From assembly GCA_045538635.1 (NCBI GenBank), contig JAZSRU010000128.1:1044-65043 (forward strand): a stretch of DNA of 64,000 nucleotides. Direction: 5' to 3'. Positions 60,014-64,000 of the stretch are shown piece after piece. Numbering within the stretch: the stretch's first letter is position 1; every line of letters starts with the position of its first letter. The notes beneath the pieces are model-generated. The model saw nothing but the letters and a program-made list of their open reading frames with translations. It made no database searches and was not told where the DNA came from. The translations under genes and the position numbers were made by a program. This stretch comes from Victivallaceae bacterium. GTDB lineage: Bacteria; Verrucomicrobiota; Lentisphaeria; Victivallales; Victivallaceae.

Positions 60014-60567
60014 CAGTTCAATCCTCCGGTGCGGATAAGTTTAAGGAATTCCTGTCTGGTTTCCGCTTCTTCACGGAATGAACCGAGCATTGAACTTGTA
60101 GTCATGACCGAATGCTGCTTCTCAACTCCACGCATCTGCATACACAAATGCTGGGCCTCGCAAACAACACCAACACCTTCAGCATCAACACATTCCATAA
60201 TCGTATCAGCAATTTGACGGGTCAGACGCTCCTGTATCTGCAAACGGCGGGCGAACATATCAACGATCCGGGCGATCTTGCTGACGCCCAATATTTTTTT
60301 CTTCGGAATATAACCTACAAAACAGCGGCCGAAAAACGGCAGCATATGATGTTCACACATACTGTAAAACTCGATATTTCTGACCATGATCATATCATCA
60401 GACTCAGCTTCAAAAATCGCACCGTTGATTACTTCATCCAAGTTCTGTCTGTAGCCGCGCATCATGTACTGCCATGCTTTTTCAACGCGTTCCGGAGTTT
60501 TGACAAGTCCTTCGCGTTCAGGGTCTTCGCCTATTTCTATCAATATATCTTTAATCTGCTTTTGCAT
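60013..60567 (-). CDS. folE: GTP cyclohydrolase I
   Basis: The [10 protein letters not shown] and CMQMRGV motifs. 184 aa. Confidence 0.92.
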   Translation of the reverse strand: MQKQIKDILIEIGEDPEREGLVKTPERVEKAWQYMMRGYRQNLDEVINGAIFEAESDDMIMVRNIEFYSMCEHHMLPFFGRCFVGYIPKKKILGVSKIARIVDMFARRLQIQERLTRQIADTIMECVDAEGVGVVCEAQHLCMQMRGVEKQHSVMTTSSMLGSFREEAETRQEFLKLIRTGGLN

Positions 60568-61153
60568 TTTTCACTTCCTTTTTGATCTCTTTCATTTTTT
60601 TGAGAGGAACAATTTTTTCGGTAATATCTTCTCCGGCTTTTTTGCGCGGAACAAATTCACCCTTTTCATTGCGGACAAAACGGATCAGACGGGCGCGGAC
60701 AATACGGTCATAAGTCTGTGCTGTCCCGAAACTTTTGCTGCGGATACTGCCGTAACCGCCGCCGAAATCCTTGCCGATTTCTTCCCAAGTGTTGGCACTG
60801 GCAGCGGATGTCGCCTCAATAGAATTGACCAATGGAGAGGTCTGCACCACACGGCCGTCAGGAACTACACGCATGCCAACCAGCAGAACGGCATCCGCGC
60901 CGTTTTCGCGGCCTCTTTCAATGATTTTATTCATCATATCATCGTAGGAATACTCTGTATAATTACCCTCTGTCTGACAAACACCGATAACGGTGTATTC
61001 ATAGGGGATATCTGAATTTTTCTCAAATTTTTTCACATCTTCTGTCGGCGGAAAACTTTCAACAATGACACAATCAACACTCATGCATCCGCACATAAAA
61101 AAAATCGCAGAACAAACTACTGTCAACAGCAAATAAGAATATTTCTTCAACAT
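60551..61153 (-). CDS. lipoprotein of unknown function
   Basis: Start [23 protein letters not shown] (lipobox MCGC) is preceded by AGAGGA. The track ORF extends to 61222 but has no RBS there. Confidence 0.6.
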   Translation of the reverse strand: MLKKYSYLLLTVVCSAIFFMCGCMSVDCVIVESFPPTEDVKKFEKNSDIPYEYTVIGVCQTEGNYTEYSYDDMMNKIIERGRENGADAVLLVGMRVVPDGRVVQTSPLVNSIEATSAASANTWEEIGKDFGGGYGSIRSKSFGTAQTYDRIVRARLIRFVRNEKGEFVPRKKAGEDITEKIVPLKKMKEIKKEVKNAKAD

Positions 61154-61389
61154 TTTATATCCTCTCATTTTACTTACATACATATAATTAACATAAGTTA
61201 GCATAAAATACTCAAAAAGCAAGAATTTTTCAAACTTTTATTGATTCAAAAAACAATATTTTCTGCCTGCTGTACAATATTTCAACTTTTTTAATTTTTT
61301 ATGCAATATTTCTTTTTTGCTTTCGTATTTATGAACAAAACCGGTTTCGTAATTCAATTTAAAGCAAACAAAAAAAAGGATGTTGATCT

Positions 61390-61917
61390 ATGAAAAAACT
61401 CATGATGACTCTCGCCACTGCCGTTCTTTGCACCGGCACACTCTTCGCCATGGCAAGCGATTGCCCCGCTGAAGCAAAAAAATGCAAAAAAGAATGCAAA
61501 AAAGAAGTAAAAGCAAAACAGCAGTTCAAGGGCAAAAAACAAATGCAGCGCCGCCCCCAGTTCAAAATCTCCCCCGAAGCAAAAGCTGAAATGGAGAAAT
61601 TCCGCGCCGCTGTCGATGCTTACAAAAAAGATAAATCAGCAGAAAACAAAGCCGCTTTGACCGCCATCCTCGGCAAAAACTTCGACAAACGCCTCGAAAT
61701 GAACGCAAAACGCGCCGAAGCTATGAAAAAAGCCGCCGCCGATCTCGAAAAGAAAACTGCTGAGATGAAAGCAAACCGCGACGCCGAAATTGAAAAAATG
61801 CTTGAACGCATTATGAATCCTCCGAAACGCCGCGCTCCCGGCAAACGCCCTGCCCCCCGCAAGGCCGCTCCGGAAAAAGCTGCTGCTCCGGCACCCGCAG
61901 CCCCCGCAGCTAAATAA
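61390..61917 (+). CDS. secreted Lys/Ala-rich helical protein with Pro/Ala tail
   Basis: Signal peptide MKKLMMTLATAVLCTGTLFAMA, a charged helical body, and a C-terminal APRKAAPEKAAAPAPAAPAAK tail. AAGGA RBS present. Confidence 0.55.
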   Translation: MKKLMMTLATAVLCTGTLFAMASDCPAEAKKCKKECKKEVKAKQQFKGKKQMQRRPQFKISPEAKAEMEKFRAAVDAYKKDKSAENKAALTAILGKNFDKRLEMNAKRAEAMKKAAADLEKKTAEMKANRDAEIEKMLERIMNPPKRRAPGKRPAPRKAAPEKAAAPAPAAPAAK

Positions 61918-61943
61918 TCAAGCCTCTTTCTTTCCTTTCTCTT

Positions 61944-61980
61944 GGCTGTATCAGAAGCAATTTTGATACAGCCTCTTTTT
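61944..61980. terminator. rho-independent terminator between convergent genes
   Basis: GGCTGTATCA (61944-61953) pairs with TGATACAGCC (61964-61973) and is followed by TCTTTTT. Confidence 0.65.
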
Positions 61981-62009
61981 ATCTGCGAAAATCAAAAGCC
62001 TGCCTGATT

Positions 62010-62456
62010 TTATTTCACGCCGTTCAAATCATACTCTGAATCAGCAGCGACAGTTAACTTATTCCCTTTATAAAGGAAATACAGCTGTTTATCCGAATTG
62101 TTTTTCAACATTTTTCCATTTTTGGACAAAACTGTCTGACGGCAAGCATTGACATAAGAGGCGATTTCCCCCATTGAGGCATAAAAAATATCATCTTTTC
62201 CGCTCATCTGACGACAGAAATCCTCAATAACATTCCATTGGGCAGCAGTTTTAAATTCATAACTGTGTCCCCAAACAAGCATAACCGTCATTTTGTCCGG
62301 CTTCATTTGAAGATATTTTTTTCCTGCTTCAGCGATGTTTGCTTTGTGATGCCCATACGGATTCCATGCAAGAAAATCCGCAGGAAGCGCAAAATTTTTA
62401 TCTCTGCCGACAGTTCTGGCATAAATCAAACCGTTATTTTTCAATACAGAAATCAC
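62010..62456 (-). pseudogene. polysaccharide deacetylase (CE4), C-terminal fragment
   Basis: Its frame continues upstream as ITGYAYPYGSFSPEVISVLKNNG, the CE4 motif-3 region, until a TAA created at the A6 run. It has no start or RBS of its own. Confidence 0.6.
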
Positions 62457-62890
62457 TTCCGGCGAAAAACTTCCATAAGGATAAGCGTAACCTGTGATTT
62501 TTTACCTGTAATTTTTTCCCAACCACTGATATCAGCTTTGATTTCAGCTTCAATTTCAGATTTTTTCATTTTTGCCAGATAGAGGTGATTTGCACCATGC
62601 CCGGAAATTTCATGACCTTTGTATAATGTATTGATTTCAGCTTCACTGATGCGTTTTTTCGGTTTAGTCTGCAACCACGCATGAGGGATATGGAATGTAC
62701 CTTTCATGCCATACTTATTTAAAATTGCGACCAACTGACGGTCAGCAATATGTCCATCATCATAACTGAAAGACAATGCTTTCATCTTCCAATCCGGATA
62801 AGCAAAAGCCACTCCGTTTTTTACAAAATCATCGCCGTAAACAAAAAAGCAAAATCCTGCAAACAAAAAAATTATAACTTTTTTAAACAT
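62453..62890 (-). pseudogene. polysaccharide deacetylase (CE4), N-terminal fragment
   Basis: Signal peptide MFKKVIIFLFAGFCFFVYG and NodB motifs FSYDDG and GHEISGHGANH. The frame is lost after WEKITGKK at the homopolymer 62498-62503. Confidence 0.6.
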
Positions 62891-62912
62891 AAAAAAAACC
62901 TTGAATATATAC

Positions 62913-62946
62913 AAAAAAACCTGCAATACTCAAGGTACTGCAGGTT
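62913..62946 (-). terminator. rho-independent terminator of acpP
   Basis: On the minus strand, AACCTGCAG-loop-TTGCAGGTT is followed by T7 (plus-strand A-run 62913-62919). Confidence 0.6.
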
Positions 62947-62974
62947 CTTTATGAAAGAAAAAATCTAATAAGAA

Positions 62975-63211
62975 TTAGAGATTTCTGCTTTCGATGTATG
63001 CGATGGCATCGCCGACGCTGGTCAATTTTTCGGCATCTTCATCAGGAATGTCTGCGCCGAATTCTTCTTCAAAAGCCATGACGAGTTCGACCTGATCCAA
63101 TGAGTCAGCACCGAGATCTTCGATAAATTTGGCTTCGGGAGTGACCTGATCTTCGGAAACACCGAGCTGATCAACAACAATTTTTTTGACTTTGTCTGCA
63201 ACAGTGGACAT
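62975..63211 (-). CDS. acpP: acyl carrier protein
   Basis: [21 protein letters not shown] carries the phosphopantetheine Ser in DSL. 78 aa. Confidence 0.93.
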   Translation of the reverse strand: MSTVADKVKKIVVDQLGVSEDQVTPEAKFIEDLGADSLDQVELVMAFEEEFGADIPDEDAEKLTSVGDAIAYIESRNL

Positions 63212-63551
63212 TTTTTTATCCCCTTATGTTTTGTTTTCGCATCTGCCTCGCGGCATCTGCAGTTTAACTAAAAATACTGTTATAGTTCGATACCACTAAT
63301 ATAGCTTCAAATCTGATTTTTGCAAATTTTTTTTATGAAAAAACATCATTTTTCTTCATCTTGAGCATAACATCGTCCATCCGGCAAATCTTTATATTGC
63401 TTTTTCCATAAAAATCATAATATGCGGTTGCAATTTTTTCTCATTGATGTTATATTGCTGAAAAGTTGATTTTTCATCACCATGAAAGGAAAAAATTAAA
63501 ATCTGACAAACAAATTGTATTAAAAATTATATAGCATAAAACTTTTGGCTT

Positions 63552-63712
63552 GCCCTCGCAAAACCACCACATTGTAAAAAAGTCAAAAACACAACGAATG
63601 CAAAAGTTTGTGCCATGCATATTGCATGGTGCATTCTTGCGTTTGTATCGTTGTGTGCGTCTGTGGTGGACGCGTGAGGGCATATAAATCAGGGATGCAC
63701 CTCTTTTTTTTT
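63552..63712 (+). promoter_or_regulatory. candidate transcription-attenuation leader (long hairpin competing with an intrinsic terminator)
   Basis: Helices: 63552-57 with 63676-81, 63564-71 with 63662-69, 63589-97 with 63648-56, 63613-19 with 63623-29. Terminator: GAGGGCAT (63676-83) pairs with ATGCACCTC (63695-703) and is followed by T9 (63704-12). The GAGGGC segment is shared by both structures. RBS GGAG and the ATG follow within 11 nt. Confidence 0.45.
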
Positions 63713-63722
63713 GGAGTGAAAT

Positions 63723-64000
63723 ATGATCAACAAAATTGCCATACTCAATGCAGAAAAAACACTGTTCAATTCAATTTTAAGCCGGAACTCATCGCAGCAA
63801 TACGATACGGAAATCAAAAAAATAATCAATACCTATACAAAAGACGATGAAATCAGAAATATAATGGATGTTTTTAAGATAACAGAAGAGGATTTTAATG
63901 TGATTTATACTTATATTTTGAACTCATTTGAATTTTCTGATTTGATTTATACAGATGAAACGCCGTGCCTTTTTGCCACAGCTGTACTATTGGATATGCA
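63723..64000 (+). CDS. hypothetical protein, 3' end beyond window (AT-rich)
   Basis: Hand translation is open from ATG 63723 to the window edge: MINKIAILNAEKTLFNSILSRNSSQQYDTEIKK... GGAG lies 8 nt upstream. It is not in the ORF track because no stop is reached. Confidence 0.5.
   Translation, partial: MINKIAILNAEKTLFNSILSRNSSQQYDTEIKKIINTYTKDDEIRNIMDVFKITEEDFNVIYTYILNSFEFSDLIYTDETPCLFATAVLLDM

Noticed and set aside
63665-63674. A T-box riboswitch, suggested by GGTGGACGCG resembling the T-box core GGUGGNACCGCG just upstream of a terminator.
   Set aside because: There is no Stem I/specifier architecture. The segment pairs with a strand ~100 nt upstream rather than forming the canonical bulged antiterminator with the terminator 5' half. 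The downstream gene does not look like an aminoacyl-tRNA or amino-acid gene.
63477-63850. Track ORFs 63477..63683 (-) and 63608..63850 (+).
   Set aside because: Both run through the palindromic leader and terminator and give Cys/His/Val-rich nonsense-like peptides with no RBS. The 63723 frame, which has a GGAG RBS and stays open to the window end, is the better coding candidate.

Overview
This 64 kb window is about 90% coding, with about 60 protein genes and one tRNA. All family calls come from reading motifs by eye; no database search was run. The repeated prepilin-type (DUF1559, H-X9-DG) genes beside glycoside hydrolases, a bS22-like mini ribosomal protein and a MurA with Asp at the fosfomycin-target position suggest a PVC-superphylum, Lentisphaerota/Verrucomicrobiota-like genome; this taxonomic call is inference. 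The window has four main blocks. (1) 1-6.4 kb holds envelope and transport genes. (2) 8.4-23 kb holds an amino-sugar/peptide catabolic or cell-wall-salvage neighbourhood: HAD phosphatase, APH-like kinase, metallophosphoesterase, enolase-superfamily enzyme, M55 D-aminopeptidase, two Gfo/Idh/MocA oxidoreductases, NagA-core, NagB, LacI regulator, MFS, M20 peptidase and CapA. (3) 35.6-46.2 kb holds a glycan-utilisation locus with GH20-like, GH38-like and DUF4838-like genes, a GntR-PBP regulator and two pseudopilin-like genes. (4) 46.3-61.2 kb holds two long minus-strand housekeeping runs, xseA-M50-tgt-yihY-speH-ppiD and ATPase-ispG-rseP-dxr-dtd-folE. The most unusual signals are non-coding. A perfect TTGACA-17-TATAAT promoter feeds a roughly 490 nt hairpin/foldback-rich region upstream of a pilin-like gene. 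A leader upstream of an AT-rich ORF at the window end can form mutually exclusive terminator and anti-terminator structures. A multi-hairpin element lies between the metallophosphoesterase and kinase genes. A truncated acceptor/T-arm copy of tRNA-Arg sits 146 bp downstream of the intact tRNA. Coding oddities include two frameshift-split glycan genes, an internally duplicated AdoMetDC and a Cys-rich insertion in acetolactate synthase. I found no CRISPR array, transposase, integrase or recognisable defence system.
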